Source: Narcine bancroftii (lineage: Eukaryota). Taken from it: a DNA stretch of 64,000 bases. Below the pieces are notes generated by a model that saw only the letters and a list, made by a program, of their open reading frames with translations, was not told the origin of the DNA and did not search any database. The DNA is taken from assembly GCF_036971445.1 (NCBI RefSeq), contig NC_091471.1:234980001-235044000 (forward strand), read 5' to 3'. The translations under genes and the position numbers were made by a program. Every line of letters begins with the position of its first letter. The first letter of the stretch is position 1. Positions 32,995 to 46,674 of the stretch are shown here, in pieces.

Positions 32995-34130
32995 AGAGGT
33001 GGATCAAATTTCTGGTCACATCACATTTGGAGTATTGTATTCAGTTCTTCTTCTTTGGCTTGGCTTCGTGGACGAAGATTTATGGAGGGGGTAAGGCCCA
33101 CTAAAGGATGTGGAAGCCATGGAGATTTATCAGGGCATTGTTTGGTCTGGCAAACAAGTCTTATGAGGCAAGGTTAGCAGAGCTCTGGGGCTTTTCTGTT
33201 TGAAGTGTAGAAGGATGGGAGGAGATTATGAGAGGCATAGATAGGATGGACAGCCAGAGTCTTTTACCAAACTGGCGTCTGTACAAAGTGAAGGGAGGGA
33301 ACTTTAGGGGAGACATCAGGGGTAAGATTTTTTACACAGAGTGGTGGATGCCTGGAATGCCTTACCAGGGGTGGTGGTAGAGGCTAGTAAAGACTCTTAG
33401 GCAAATTGATGTAAGAAAAATAAAGGGTTCTCGATGTGAGAGAGGTAAGGATTAGATTGTGGAGTAGGTTTATATGGAACAACATAACATCGTGGGCCAA
33501 AGAGCCTGCACTGTGCTACAACGTTTCTCAAATGGCCGAACTTCACACAGAGAATGCAGGCTCAGTTTCAACATTTCAGAAACATTTGTACAGGTAACTG
33601 GATGGGAGGGATGTTGAGGGCTCTTCTGGATGCAGATTGGTGGGAACAGAATACTCTGGAACAGAAGGGCGTGCTTTTACACTGTTGGGTTCCTGACAGA
33701 GCTGCAGATGTAAAAACAGATCTCAGCAAGAGGGTTCATCCTCGTCGGCCGCTCTGGGAGGTTTGATCGAATGGGACCTGAGGTAAGAGCAGAATTGGCT
33801 TCCTGGTAGAAAGCAGAGTGTTTTTTGGATGGGGGGACTGTGACTCGTAAGCCAGAGGGTTATGATATTGTTCCAACATACTTGATCAAACATTCAGGGT
33901 GTAATCAGCAGGTTTGCAGGTGAAATGAAAGTGTCTGGCATTGAAGGCAGTCTCTGGAATTCGTAGCATGACCTTGATCGGTTGGGCAGAAAGGTGGTGG
34001 ATTGAATTTAGTAGAGGATTTGAAGGAGCTGTAATTAGGCAGGTTAAACGTGAGTAGGGCATAAACAGTGAATGATATCGATCTGTGGGAGTGTTGTTGA
34101 ACAGAGGGATGGGTGTGGTGGGAATGTTGT
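32995..34130 (+). mobile_element. Degenerate CR1 ORF2 fragments (about 32995-33525 and 33770-34130)
   Basis: TTGGAGTATTGT..CAGTTCT and TTTTTTACACAGAGTGGTGG..GCCTGGAATGC motifs; FAGEMK (FADDTK-like) leading into GGGAGTGTTGTTGAACAGAGGGAT. Confidence 0.75.
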
Positions 34131-34139
34131 GGAGCAGAC

Positions 34140-37100
34140 GGATCGGGGGAGGGCGGTGAGGGATCAGGGGAGTGCGGTGGAGCAGAGGGATCGGGGGGGA
34201 GTGCGGTGGAGCACAGGGATCGGGGGAATGCGGTGGAGCAGAGGGATCGGGGGGAGTGGGGTGGAGCAGAGGGATCGGGGGAGTGCGGTGGAGCAGAGGG
34301 ATCGGGGGTATTGCGGTGGAACAGAGGGATCGGGGGGAGTGCGGTGGAGCAGAGAGGTCAGGGGAAAGTGGAGCAGAGGGGTCGGGGAGTGGGGTGGAGC
34401 AGAGGGGTCGGGGAGTGGGGTGGAGCAGAGGGATCGGGGGGAGTGCGGTGGAGCAGAGGGATCGGGGTATTGCGGTGGAACAGAGGGATCGGGGGGAGTG
34501 CGGTGGAGCAGAGAGGTCAGGGGAAAGTGGAGCAGAGGGGTCGGGGAGTGCGGTGGAGCAGAGGGGTCAGGGGGAGTGCGGAGGAGCAGAGGGGTCAGGG
34601 GGAGTGCGGTTGAGCAGAGGGGTCGGGGGAGAGCGGTTGAGCAGAGGGGTCAGGGGGAGTGCGGTTGAGCAGAGGGATCGGGGGAGTGCGGTGGAGCAGA
34701 GGGATCGGGGGGAGTGCGGTGGAGCAGAGGGATCGGGGGGAGTGCGGTGGAGCAGAGGGATCGGGGGGAGTGCGGTGGAGCAGAGGGATCGGGGGGAGTG
34801 CGGTGGAGCAGAGGGATCGGGGGGAGTGCGGTGGAGCAGAGGGATCGGGGGGAGTGCGGTGGAGCAGAGGGATCGGGGGGAGTGCGGTGGAGCAGAGGGA
34901 TCGGGGGGAGTGCGGTGGAGCAGAGGGGTCAGCGGGAGTGCGATGGAGCAGAGGTGTCGGGGAGTGCGATTGAGCAGAGGGGTCAGCGGGAGTGCGGTGG
35001 AGCAGAGAGGTCAGGGGAAAGCGGTGGAGCAGAGAGGTCAGGGGAAAGCGGTGGAGCAGAGGGGTCAGGGGGAGTGCAGTGGAGTAGAGGGGTCAGGGGG
35101 AGTGCGGTGGAGCAGAGGGATTGGGGGAGTGCGGTGGAGCAGAGGGATCGGGGGAGTGCGGTGGAACAGGGATTGGGGGCGTGAGGTGGAGAAAAGGGAT
35201 CGGGGGAGTGCGGTGGAGCAGAAAAATCGGGGGTGGAGCAGGGGAATCGGGGGAATAACGGTGGAGTAGAAGGATCGGGGGAATGTGGTGGAGAAGAGGG
35301 ATCGAACGAGCAGAGGGATCGGGGGAGTGCGGTTGAGCAGAGGGATCGGGGGAGTGCGGTGGAGCAGAGGGATCGGGGGGAGTGCGGTGGAGCAGAGGGA
35401 TCGGGGGGAGTGCGGTGGAGCAGAGGGATCGGGGGGAGTGCGGTGGAGCAGAGGGATCGGGGGGAGTGCGGTGGAGCAGAGGGATCGGGGGGAGTGCGGT
35501 GGAGCAGAGGGATCGGGGGAGTGCGGTGGAGCAGAGGGGTCAGCGGGAGTGCGATGGAGCAGAGGTGTCGGGGAGTGCGATTGAGCAGAGGGGTCAGCGG
35601 GAGTGCGGTGGAGCAGAGAGGTCAGGGGAAAGCGGTGGAGCAGAGAGGTCAGGGGAAGTGCAGTGGAGTAGAGGGGTCAGGGGGAGTGCGGTGGAGCAGA
35701 GGGATTGGGGGAGTGCGGTGGAGCAGAGGGATCGGGGGAGTGCAGTGGAACAGGGATTGGGGGCGTGAGGTGGAGAAAAGGGATCGGGGGAGTGCGGTGG
35801 AGCAGAAAAATCGGGGGTGGAGCAGGGGAATCGGGGGAATAACGGTGGAGTAGAAGGATCGGGGGAATGTGGTGGAGAAGAGGGATCGAACGAGCAGAGG
35901 GATCGGGGGAGTGCGGTGGAGCACAGGGATCGGGGGAATGCGGTGGAGCAGAGGGATCAGCGGAGTGCGGTGGAGCAGAGGGAGTGCAGTGGAGCAGGGG
36001 GAATGCTGGAGCAGAGGGATCAGGGGGATTGGGGAGTGTAGTGGAGCAGAGGGATCGGGGAAGAGCGGTGGAGCAGATGGATCGGGGGAGTGCGGTGGAG
36101 CAGAGGAATTGGGAAGAGTGCGGTGGAGCAGAGGGATTGGGGGGAGTGCGGTGGAGTAGAGGGGTCAGGGGGAGTGCGGTGGAGCAGAGGGATCGGGGGA
36201 GTGCGGTGGAGCAGAGGGAGTGGGGTGGAGCAGGGGGAGTGGTTAAGCATGGGGATCGGGGAGTGCGGTGGAGCTGAGGGATCGGGCGAGTGCAGTGGAG
36301 CAGAGGGTTTGGGGGAGGGGTGGAGCAGAGGGATCGGGGGAGTGCGGTGGAACAGGGATTGGGGGCGTGAGGTGGAGAAAAGGGATCGGGGGAGTACGGT
36401 GGAGCAGAAAAATCGGGGGTGGAGCGGGGGAATAACGGTGGAGTAGAGGGATCGGGGGAATGTGGTGGAGAAGAGGGATCGAACGGGCAGAGGGATCGGG
36501 GGAGTGCGGTGGAGCACAGGGATCGGGGGAGTGCGGTGGAGCAGAAAAATCGGGGGTGGAGCGGGGGAATAACGGTGGAGTAGAGGGATCGGGGGAATGT
36601 GGTGGAGAAGAGGGATCGAACGAGCAGAGGGATCGGGGGAGTGTGGTGGAGCACAGGGATCGGGGGAATGCGGTGGAGCAGAGGCATCGGGGGAGTGCGG
36701 TGGATCAGTGGCATCGGGGGAGCGGTGGAGCAGAGGGATCGGGTGAGTGCAGTGGAGCAGAGGGTTTGGGGGAGTGGGGTGGAGCAGAGGGATCGGGGGA
36801 GTGCGGTGGAGCAGAAAGATCGGGGGTGGAGCGAGGGAATCTGGGTGAATAGCGGTGGAGTAGAGGGATCGGGGGAATGTGGTGGAGAAGAGGGATCGAA
36901 CAAGCAGAGGGGTCGGGGAGTGCGGTGGAGCAGAGGGATCGGGGGAGTGCTGTGGAGCAGAGGGATCGGGGGAGTGTGGTGGAGAAGAGGGATTGGGGAA
37001 GTGCAGTGGAGCAGAGGGATCGGGGGAGTGTAGTGGAGCAGAGGGATCGGGGGAGTGTAGTGGAGCAGAGGGATCGGGGATAGTGCAGTGGAGCAGAGTG

Positions 37101-40100
37101 ATCTGGGGGAGTGCTGTGGAGCAGAGGGATCGGGGGAGTGTAGTGGAGCAGAGGGATTGGGGATAGTGCAGTGGAGCAGAGTGATCTGGGGGAGTGCGGT
37201 GGAGCAGAGGGATCGGGGGAGTGCGGTGGAGCAGAGGGATCGGGGGAGTGCGGTGGACAGAGGGATCGGGGGAGTGCGGTGGATAGAGGGATCGGGGGAG
37301 TGCGGTGGAGCAGAGTTATCTGGGGGAGTGCGGTGGAGCAAAGGGATCGGGGGAGTGTGGTGGAGCAGAGTAATCGGGTGAGTGCGGTGAAGCAGAGGGA
37401 TCGGGTGTGTGCAGTGGAGCAGAGGGATCGTGGGAGTGTGGTGGAGCAGAGTGATCGGTGGAGCAGAGGGATTCCGGGAGTGGCATTGGGCAGACGGATG
37501 AAGACAGCAGAGGCATCGGGGGGAGTGTGGTGGAACAGAGGGATCGTGGGAGTGCAGTGGAGCAGAGGGTTCGGGGGAGTGAGGTGGAGCAGAGGGTTTG
37601 GTGGAGCGTGTGGTGGAGTGGGAGATCGGTGGGAGTGCGGGAGATTGGGGGGAGAACGGTGGAGCAGAGGGATCGGGGGAGAACGGTGGAGCAGAGGGAT
37701 CGGGGGAGAACGGTGGAGCAGAGGGATCGGGGGAGTACGGTGGAGCGGGGGGAGTGCGGTGGAGTGGTGGAGCAGAGGGATCGGGGAGTGCGGAGGAGCA
37801 GAGGATTCGGGAAGTGCAGTGGCGCAGAGGGATCGTGGTGAGTGCGCTGGAGCAGAGGGATTGGGGGAAGAGCTGTCGAGCGGAGTAGTGAGGTGGAGCA
37901 GAGGGATCAGTTGAGTGCAGTGGAGCAGCGGGATTGGGGGAGGGCGGTGGAGCATGGGGAGTGGTGGAGCAGAGGGATCAGGGGGATCGGGGAGTGCAGT
38001 GGAGCAGAGGGATCGGGGGTATTGCGGTGGAGCAGAGGGGTCGGGGGGAGTGTGGTGGAGCGGGGGATCAGTGGTAGTACGGTGGAGCAGAGGGATCGGG
38101 GGAAGTGCTGTCGAGCGGGGTAGTGCGGTGGAGCAGAGGGATCTGGGGAGTGCAGTGGAGCAGAGTGATTGATGGAGAAGAGGAGTCGGGGGAGTACCAT
38201 GGAGCAGACGGATCGGGCGAGCAGAGGCATCGGGAGTAGTGTGGTGGAGCAGAGGGATCGGGGAGTGCGGTGGAGCAGAGGACTCGGGGAGTGCGGTGGA
38301 GCAGAGGAATTGGGGGAGTGCGGTGGAACAGAGAGATCTGGGGGAGAGTGGTGGAGCAGAGGAATCGGGGGAAGTGCTGTCGAGCGGAGGAGTGCGGTGG
38401 AGCAGAGGGACCGGGTGAGTGTAGTGGAGCAGAAGGATCGGGGGGGGGTGCTTTTGAGCGGAGGAGTGTGGTGGAGCAGAGTGATCGGTGGAGCAGAGGG
38501 ATCGTGGGAGTACCATGGAGCAGACGGATCGGGCGAGCAGAGGCATCGGGGGAAGTGTGGTGGAGCAGAGGGATCGGGGATTGCTGTGGAGCAGAGGGAA
38601 CGGGGGAGTGCGGTGGAGGAGAGGGATCGGGGGAGTGCGGTGGAGCAGTGGCATCGGGGGAGTGTGGTAGAGGAGAGGGAGGGCGGTGGAGCATGGGGAG
38701 TGGTGGAGCAGAGGGATCAGGGGGGTCGGGGAGTGCAGTGGAGCAGAGGGATCGGGGGTAGTGCGGTGGAGCAGATGGGTCGGGGGGAGTGCGGTGGAGC
38801 AGAGGGATCGGGGGAAGTGCTGTCGAGCGAGGTAGTGCGGTGGAGCAGAGGGATCTGGGGAGTGCAGTGGAGCAGAGTGATCGATGGAGGAGTCGGGGGA
38901 GTACCATGGAGCAGACGGATCGGGCAAGCAGAGGCATCGGGAGTAGTGTGGTGGAGCAGAGGGATCGGGGTGTGCGGTGGAGCAGAGGGATCGGGGTGTG
39001 CGGTGGAGCAGAGGGATCTGGGGAGAGTGGTGGAGCAGAGGGGTCGCGGGGAGTGCGGTGGAGCAGAGGGGTTGCGGGGAGTGCGGTGGAGCAGAGGGGT
39101 CAGGGGGAGTGTGGTGGAGAAGAGGAGTCGGGGGAGTGCGGTGGAGCAGAGTGATCGGGGAGTGCGTTGGAGCAGAGGGATCGGGGGAGAGTGGTGGAGC
39201 AGAGTGATCAGTGCAGCAGAGGGATCGTGGGAGTGTCATGGAGCAGACGGATCGGGCGAGAAGAGACATCGGGAGGAGTGTGGTGGAACAGAGGGATCGG
39301 GGGAGTGTGGTGGAGAAGAGGGATCGAGTGAGTGCGGTGGAGAAGAGGGATCGAGTGAGTGCGGTGGAGCAAGGGGAGTGCGGTGGAGCGGGGGGAGTGG
39401 TGGAGCAGAGGGATCAGGGGGAGTGCGGTGGAGCAGAGTTGTTGGTGGGGCGTGTGGTGGAGCAGGAGATCGGCGGGAGTGCGGGAGATTGGGGGTAGTG
39501 TGGTGGAGCAGAGTGATCGGGGGAGTGCGGAGGAGCAGAGTGATCGGGGGAGTGCGGAGGAGCAGAGGGATCAGGGAAGTGCGGAGGATCAGAGGGATCG
39601 GGGGAGTACGATGGAGCAGAGGGATCGGGGGAGAGCAGTGGAGCAGAGGGATCGGGGAGTGTGATGGAACAGAGGGATCAGGCAAGCAGAGGGATCGTGG
39701 GTAGTCCAGTGGAGCAGACAGATCGGGGTAGGTGCGGTGGAGCGGTGGAATCTGGCGGAGGAGTGGTGGAGTAGAGGGATGGGGGGATGTGGTAGAGAAG
39801 AGGGATCGGGTGAGCAGAGCGATCGAGGGAGTGCGGTGGAGCACAGGGATCGGGGGAGTGCGGTGGAGCACAGGGATCGGGGGAGTGCGGTGGAGCAGAG
39901 GGATCGGGGGAGTGCCGTGGTGCGAGGGGAGTGTGGTGGAGTGACAGGAGTGCGGTGGAGCAAGGGGAGTGCGGTGGAGCAGGTGGAGTGGTGGAGCAGA
40001 GGGATCAGGGGGAGTGCCGTTGAGCAGAGGGATCGGGGGAGTGAGGTGGAACAGAGGGTTTGGTGGAGCGTGTGGTGGAGTGGGAGATCGGTGGGAGTGC

Positions 40101-43100
40101 GGGAGATTGGGGGTAGAGTGGTGGAGCAGAGGGATCGGGGGGTGTGCGGTGGAGCAGAGAGGTCAGGGGAAAGCGGTGGAGCAGAGGGATCGGGGGAGTG
40201 TAGTGGAGCAGAGGGATCGGGGGAGTGTAGTGGAGCAGAGGGATCGGGGGAGTGTAGTGGAGCAGAGGGATCGGGGGAGTGTAGTGGAGCAGAGGGATCG
40301 GGGATAGTGCAGTGGAGCAGAGTGATCTGGGGGAGTGCTGTGGAGCAGAGGGATCGGGGGAGTGCAGTGGAGCAGAGGGATTGGGGATAGTGCAGTGGAG
40401 CAGAGTGATCTGGGGGAGTGCGGTGGAGCAGAGGGATCGGGGGAGTGCGGTGGAGCAGAGGGATCGGGGGAGTGCGGTGGACAGAGGGATCGGGGGAGTG
40501 CGGTGGACAGAGGGATCGGGGGAGTGCGGTGGAGCAGAGTGATCTGGGGGAGTGCGGTGGAGCAAAGGGATCGGGGGAGTGTGGTGGAGCAGAGTAATCG
40601 GGTGAGTGCGGTGAAGCAGAGGGATCGGGGGTGTGCAGTGGAGCAGAGGGATCGTGGGAGTGTGGTGGAGCAGAGTGATCGGTGGAGCAGAGGGATTCCG
40701 GGAGTGGCATTGGGCAGACGGATGAAGACAGCAGAGGCATCGGGGGGAGTGTGGTGGAACAGAGGGATCGGGGGAGTGCAGTGGAGCAGAGGGTTCGGGG
40801 GAGTGAGGTGGAGCAGAGGGTTTGGTGGAGCGTGTGGTGGAGTGGGAGATCGGTGGGAGTGCGGGAGATTGGGGGGAGAACGGTGGAGCAGAGGGATCGG
40901 GGGAGAACGGTGGAGCAGAGGGATCGGGGGAGAACGGTGGAGCAGAGGGATCGGGGGAGAACGGTGGAGCAGAGGGATCGGGGGAGTACGGTGGAGCGGG
41001 GGGAGTGCGGTGGAGTGGTGGAGCAGAGGGATCAGGGGGAGTGCGGAGGAGCAGAGGATTCGGGAAGTGCAGTGGCGCAGAGGGATCGTGGTGAGTGCGC
41101 TGGAGCAGAGGGATTGGGGGAAGAGCTGTCGAGCGGAGTAGTGAGGTGGAGCAGAGGGATCAGTTGAGTGCAGTGGAGCAGCGGGATTGGGGGAGTGTGG
41201 TGGAGCAGAGTGATCGGGGGAGTGCGGTGGAGCAGAGGGATCGGGGGAGTGCGGTGGAGCAGTGGCATTTGGGGAGTGTGGTGGAGGAGAGGGAGGGCGG
41301 TGGAGCATGGGGAGTGGTGGAGCAGAGGGATCAGGGGGATCGGGGAGTGCAGTGGAGCAGAGGGATCGGGGGTATTGCGGTGGAGCAGAGGGGTCGGGGG
41401 GAGTGTGGTGGAGCGGGGGATCAGTGGTAGTACGGTGGAGCAGAGGGATCGGGGGAAGTGCTGTCGAGCGGGGTAGTGCGGTGGAGCAGAGGGATCTGGG
41501 GAGTGCAGTGGAGCAGAGTGATTGATGGAGAAGAGGAGTCGGGGGAGTACCATGGAGCAGACGGATCGGGCGAGCAGAGGCATCGGGAGTAGTGTGGTGG
41601 AGCAGAGGGATCGGGGAGTGCGGTGGAGCAGAGGACTCGGGGAGTGCGGTGGAGCAGAGGAATTGGGGGAGTGCGGTGGAACAGAGAGATCCTGGGGAGA
41701 GTGGTGGAGCAGAGGAATCGGGGGAAGTGCTGTCGAGCGGAGGAGTGCGGTGGAGCAGAGGGACCGGGTGAGTGTAGTGGAGCAGAAGGATCGGGGGGGG
41801 GGTGCTTTCGAGCGGAGGAGTGTGGTGGAGCAGAGTGATCGGTGGAGCAGAGGGATCGTGGGAGTACCATGGAGCAGACGGATCGGGCGAGCAGAGGCAT
41901 CGGGGGAAGTGTGGTGGAGCAGAGGGATCGGGGATTGCTGTGGAGCAGAGGGAACGGGGGAGTGCGGTGGAGGAGAGGGATCGGGGGAGTGCGGTGGAGC
42001 AGTGGCATCGGGGGAGTGTGGTAGAGGAGAGGGAGGGCGGTGGAGCATGGGGAGTGGTGGAGCAGAGGGATCAGGGGGGTCGGGGAGTGCAGTGGAGCAG
42101 AGGGATCGGGGGTAGTGCGGTGGAGCAGATGGGTCGGGGGGAGTGCGGTGGAGCAGAGGGATCGGGGGAAGTGCTGTCGAGCGAGGTAGTGCGGTGGAGC
42201 AGAGGGATCTGGGGAGTGCAGTGGAGCAGAGTGATCGATGGAGGAGTCGGGGGAGTACCATGGAGCAGACGGATCGGGCAAGCAGAGGCATCGGGAGTAG
42301 TGTGGTGGAGCAGAGGGATCGGGGTGTGCGGTGGAGCAGAGGGATCGGGGTGTGCGGTGGAGCAGAGGGATCTGGGGAGAGTGTTGGAGCAGAGGGGTCG
42401 CGGGGAGTGCGGTGGAGCAGAGGGGTTGCGGGGAGTGCGGTGGAGCAGAGGGGTCAGGGGGAGTGTGGTGGAGAAGAGGAGTCGGGGGAGTGCGGTGGAG
42501 CAGAGTGATCGGGGAGTGCGTTGGAGCAGAGGGATCGGGGGAGAGTGGTGGAGCAGAGTGATCAGTGCAGCAGAGGGATCGTGGGAGTGTCATGGAGCAG
42601 ACGGATCGGGCGAGAAGAGACATCGGGAGGAGTGTGGTGGAACAGAGGGATCGGGGGAGTGTGGTGGAGAAGAGGGATCGAGTGAGTGCGGTGGAGCAAG
42701 GGGAGTGCGGTGGAGCGGGGGGAGTGGTGGAGCAGAGGGATCAGGGGGAGTGCGGTGGAGCAGAGTTGTTGGTGGGGCGTGTGGTGGAGCAGGAGATCGG
42801 CGGGAGTGCGGGAGATTGGGGGTAGTGTGGTGGAGCAGAGTGATCGGGGGAGTGCGGAGGAGCAGAGGGATCAGGGAAGTGCGGAGGATCAGAGGGATCG
42901 GGGGAGTACGATGGAGCAGAGGGATCGGGGGAGAGCAGTGGAGCAGAGGGATCGGGGAGTGTGATGGAACAGAGGGATCGGGCAAGCAGAGGGATCGTGG
43001 GTAGTCCAGTGGAGCAGACAGATCGGGGTAGGTGCGGTGGAGTGGGGGAATCTGGGGGAGGAGTGGTGGAGTAGAGGGATGGGGGGATGTGGTAGAGAAG

Positions 43101-46100
43101 AGGGATCGGGTGAGCAGAGCGATCGAGGGAGTGCGGTGGAGCACAGGGATCGGGGGAGTGCGGTGGAGCACAGGGATCGGGGGAGTGCGGTGGAGCACAG
43201 GGATCGGGGGAGTGCGGTGGAGCACAGGGATCGGGGGAGTGCGGTGGAGCAGAGGGATCGGGGGAGTGCCGTGGTGCGAGGGGAGTGCGGTGGAGCAAGG
43301 GGAGTGCGGTGGAGCAGGTGGAGTGGTGGAGCAGAGGGATCGGGGGAGAACGGTGGAGCAGAGGGATCGGGGGGAGTGCGGTGGAGCAGAGAGGTCAGGG
43401 GAAAGCGGTGGAGCAGAGGGGTCAGGGGGAGTGCGGTTGAGCAGAGGAGTCAGCGGGAGTGCGGAGGAGCAGAGGGGTCAGGGGGAGTGCGGTGGAGCAG
43501 AGGGTTCAGGGGGAGTGCGGTGGAGCAGAGGGATCGGAGGAGTGCAGTGGAGCAGATGGATCGGGAGAGTGCGGTGGAGCAGAGGGAGTGGGGTGGAGCA
43601 GGGGGATCGGGCGAGTGCAGTGGAGCAGAGGTTTCGGGGGAGTGGGGTGGAGCAGAGGGATCGGGGAGTGTGATGGAACAGAGGGATCAGGCAAGCAGAG
43701 GGATCGTGGGTAGTCCAGTGGAGCAGACAGATCGGGGTTAGTGCGGTGGAGCGGGGGAATCTGGGGGAGGAGTGGTGGAGTAGAGGGATGAGGGGATGTG
43801 GTAGAGAAGAGGGATCGGGTGAGCAGAGCGATCGAGGGAGTACGGTAGAGCACAGGGATCGTGGGAGTGCGGTGGAGCACAGGGATCGGGGGAGTGCAGT
43901 TGAGCAGAGGGATTGGGGGAGTGCCATGGTGCGAGGGGAGTGTGGTGGAGCGAGAGGAGTGTGGTGGAGTGACAGGAGTCCGGTGGAGCGAGGGGAGTGT
44001 GGTGGAGCGAGGGGAGTGCGGTGGAGCAGAGGGATCTGGGGAGAGTGGTGGAGCAGAGGGGTCGCGGGGAGTGCGGTGGAGCAGAGGGGTCGCGGGGAGT
44101 GCGGTGGAGCAGAGGGGTTGCGGGGAGTGCGGTGGAGCAGAGGGGTCAGGGGGAGTGTGGTGGAGAAGAGGAGTCGGGGGAGTGCGATGGATCAGAGGGA
44201 TCGGGGAGTGCGTTGGAGCAGAGGGATCGGGGGAGTGTGGTGGAGCAGAGTGATCAGTGCAGCAGAGGCATCGTGGGAGTGTCATGGAGCAGACAGATCG
44301 GGCGAGAAGAGACATCGGGGGGAGTGTGGTGGAACAGAGGGATCGGGGGAGTGCGGTGGAGAAGAGGGATCGAGTGAGTGCGGTGGAGCAAGGGGTGCTG
44401 TGGAGCGGGGGGAGTTGTGGAGCAGAGGGATCAGGGGGAGTGCGGTGGAGCAGAGTTGTTGGTGGGGCGTGTTTTGGAGCAGGAGATCGGCGGGAGTGCG
44501 GGAGATTGGGGGTAGTGTGGTGGAGCAGAGTGATCGGGGGAGTGCGGAGGAGCAGAGGGATCAGGGAAGTGCGGAGGATCAGAGGGATCGGGGGAGTACG
44601 ATGGAGCAGAGGGATCGGGGGAGAGCAGTGGAGCACAGGGATCGGGGAGTGTGATGGAACAGAGGGATCGGGCAAGCAGAGGGATCGTGGGTAGTGCAGT
44701 GGAGCAGACAGATCGGGGTTAGTGCGGTGGAGCGGGGGAATCTGGGGGAGGAGTGGTGGAGTAGAGGGATGGGGGATGTGGTAGAGAAGAGGGATCGGGT
44801 GAGCAGAGCGATCGAGGGAGTGCGGTGGAGCACAGGGATCGGGGGAGTGCGGTGGAGCAGAGGGATCGGGGGAGTGCCGTGGTGCGAGGGGAGTGTGGTG
44901 GAGCGAGAGGAGTGTGGTGGAGTGACAGGAGTCCGGTGGAGCAAGGGGAGTGCGGTGGAGCAGAGGGAGCGGGGGGGGGGAGAGTGCGGTGGAGCAGAGG
45001 GAGCGGGGGAGTGCGGTGGAGCAGAGGGAGTGAGGGGAGTACGGTGGAGCAGAGGGATCGGGGGAGTGCGGTGGAACGAGAGGAGTGTGGTGGAGCGAGA
45101 GGAGTGCGGTGGAGCAAGGGGAGTGCGGTGGAGCAGAGGGAGCGGGGGAGTGCGGTGGATCAGAGGGAGCGGGGAGAGTGCGTTGGAGCAGAGGGAGCGG
45201 GGGAATGCAGTGGAGCAGAGGGAGCGGGGGAGTGCCGTGGTGCGAGGGGAGTGTGGTGGAGCGAGAGGAGTGTGGTGGAGTGACAGGAGTCCGGTGGAGC
45301 AAGGGGAGTGCGGTGGAGCAGAGGGAGCGGGGGAGTGCGGTGGAGCAGAGGGATCGGGGGAGTGCGGTGCAGCGAGAGGAGTGCGGTGGAGCGAGAGGAG
45401 TGCGGTGGAGCAAGGGGAGTGCGGTGGAGCAAGGGGAGTGCGGTGGAGCAGAGGGAGCGGGGGAATGCGGTAGAGCAGAGGGAGCGGGGGAATGCGGTGG
45501 AGCAGAGGGAGCGGGGGGAGTACGGTGGAGCAGAGGGATCAGGGGGTGTGCGGTGGAGCAGAGGGATCGGGGGAGTGTGGTGGAGCAGAGCGGTCAGGGG
45601 AGCAGAGGGATCGGGGGAGTGTGATGGAGCAGAGTAATCGGTGGAGCAGAGGGATTGCGGGAGTGGCATGGAGCAGACGGATGAGGACAGCAGAGGCATC
45701 GGGAGGAGTGTGGTGGAACAGAGGGATCGGGGGAGTGCGGTGGAGCAGAGGGGTCGGGGGAGTGCGGTGGAGCAGAGGGGTCGGGGGAGTGCGGTGGAGC
45801 AGAGGGATCGGCGGAGTGCGGTGGAGCAGAGGGATCGGGGGAGTGCGGTGGAGCAGAGGGATCGGGGGAGTGCGGTGGAGCAGAGGGATCAGGGGGAGTG
45901 CAGTGGAGTAGTGGCATCGGGGGAGTGTGGTGGAGCAGAGGCATCTGGGGGAGTGCAGTGGAGCGGGGGAATATGGTGGAGCCGAGGGGTCGGGGAGTGC
46001 GGTGGATCGAGGGGAGTGCGGTGGTGCAGAGGGAGCGGGGGGGAGAGTGGTGGAGCAGAGGGGGCGGGGGGAGTGCGGTGGAGCAGAGGGAGCGGTGGGA

Positions 46101-46225
46101 GTGCGGTGGAGCAGAGGGATCAGGGGGAGTGCGGTGGAGCAGAGGGATCGGGGGAGTGCGGTGGAGCAGTGGCATGGGGGGAGTGTGGTGGAGCAGAGGG
46201 ATCGGGGGGAGTGCGGTGGAGCAGA
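34140..46225. repeat. 12-kb G-rich minisatellite, 27-28-bp unit GGGATCGGGGGAGTGCGGTGGAGCAGA, with ~3.2-3.35-kb higher-order duplication
   Basis: Hundreds of units. Near-identical ORFs at offsets 3224 (37088/40312), 3354 (38488/41842, 39211/42565) and 584 (35233/35817). Confidence 0.95.
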
Positions 46226-46674
46226 ATGATCAATAAATACTGGTGCTTAATACCTTGAAAATGTGGTCACAGATATTGCGGCTGCTCAAAATGTCTTCTC
46301 GCACTTTGGCCTTATCAGTCAGTGTCGAGTTCAGTCGTTGGGTTGTCATGTTGCAGTTAACAATGACAACCCTCCACTACACATTAACAGCTCTGTCGTG
46401 GAGAGTAGCAGATTCTTGTCCTTCATTTAATTCATGTCTGATCATGGGCGCACATTTCCTCACCTATCAGGAATGTGCAACAGTGAATGCACTTATGAGA
46501 AGATTGTTGAGGGCAAAGCTACCGGCCACCATTTTGTCAATGAATTGCTCACCAGAGGACTTAAGGTTGGTGATGGGGGTTTCGGTGTCGGGGGAGAATT
46601 TAACAGTGACCGCAGCGGATGCGTGAAATGGGCTGTTGGTGGGATGGGTTGGTTAGGGACTATTGCAATGTTTG

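Noticed and set aside
34072-46258. Many long ORFs (up to 854 aa) on both strands
   Set aside because: Translations of the 27-bp minisatellite in overlapping frames; no splice or domain support.
46243-46626. 127-aa ORF in unique-looking sequence after the large array
   Set aside because: No recognisable domain; another frame gives PLHINSSVVESSRFL, resembling a decayed Rex/Babar-type LINE fragment.
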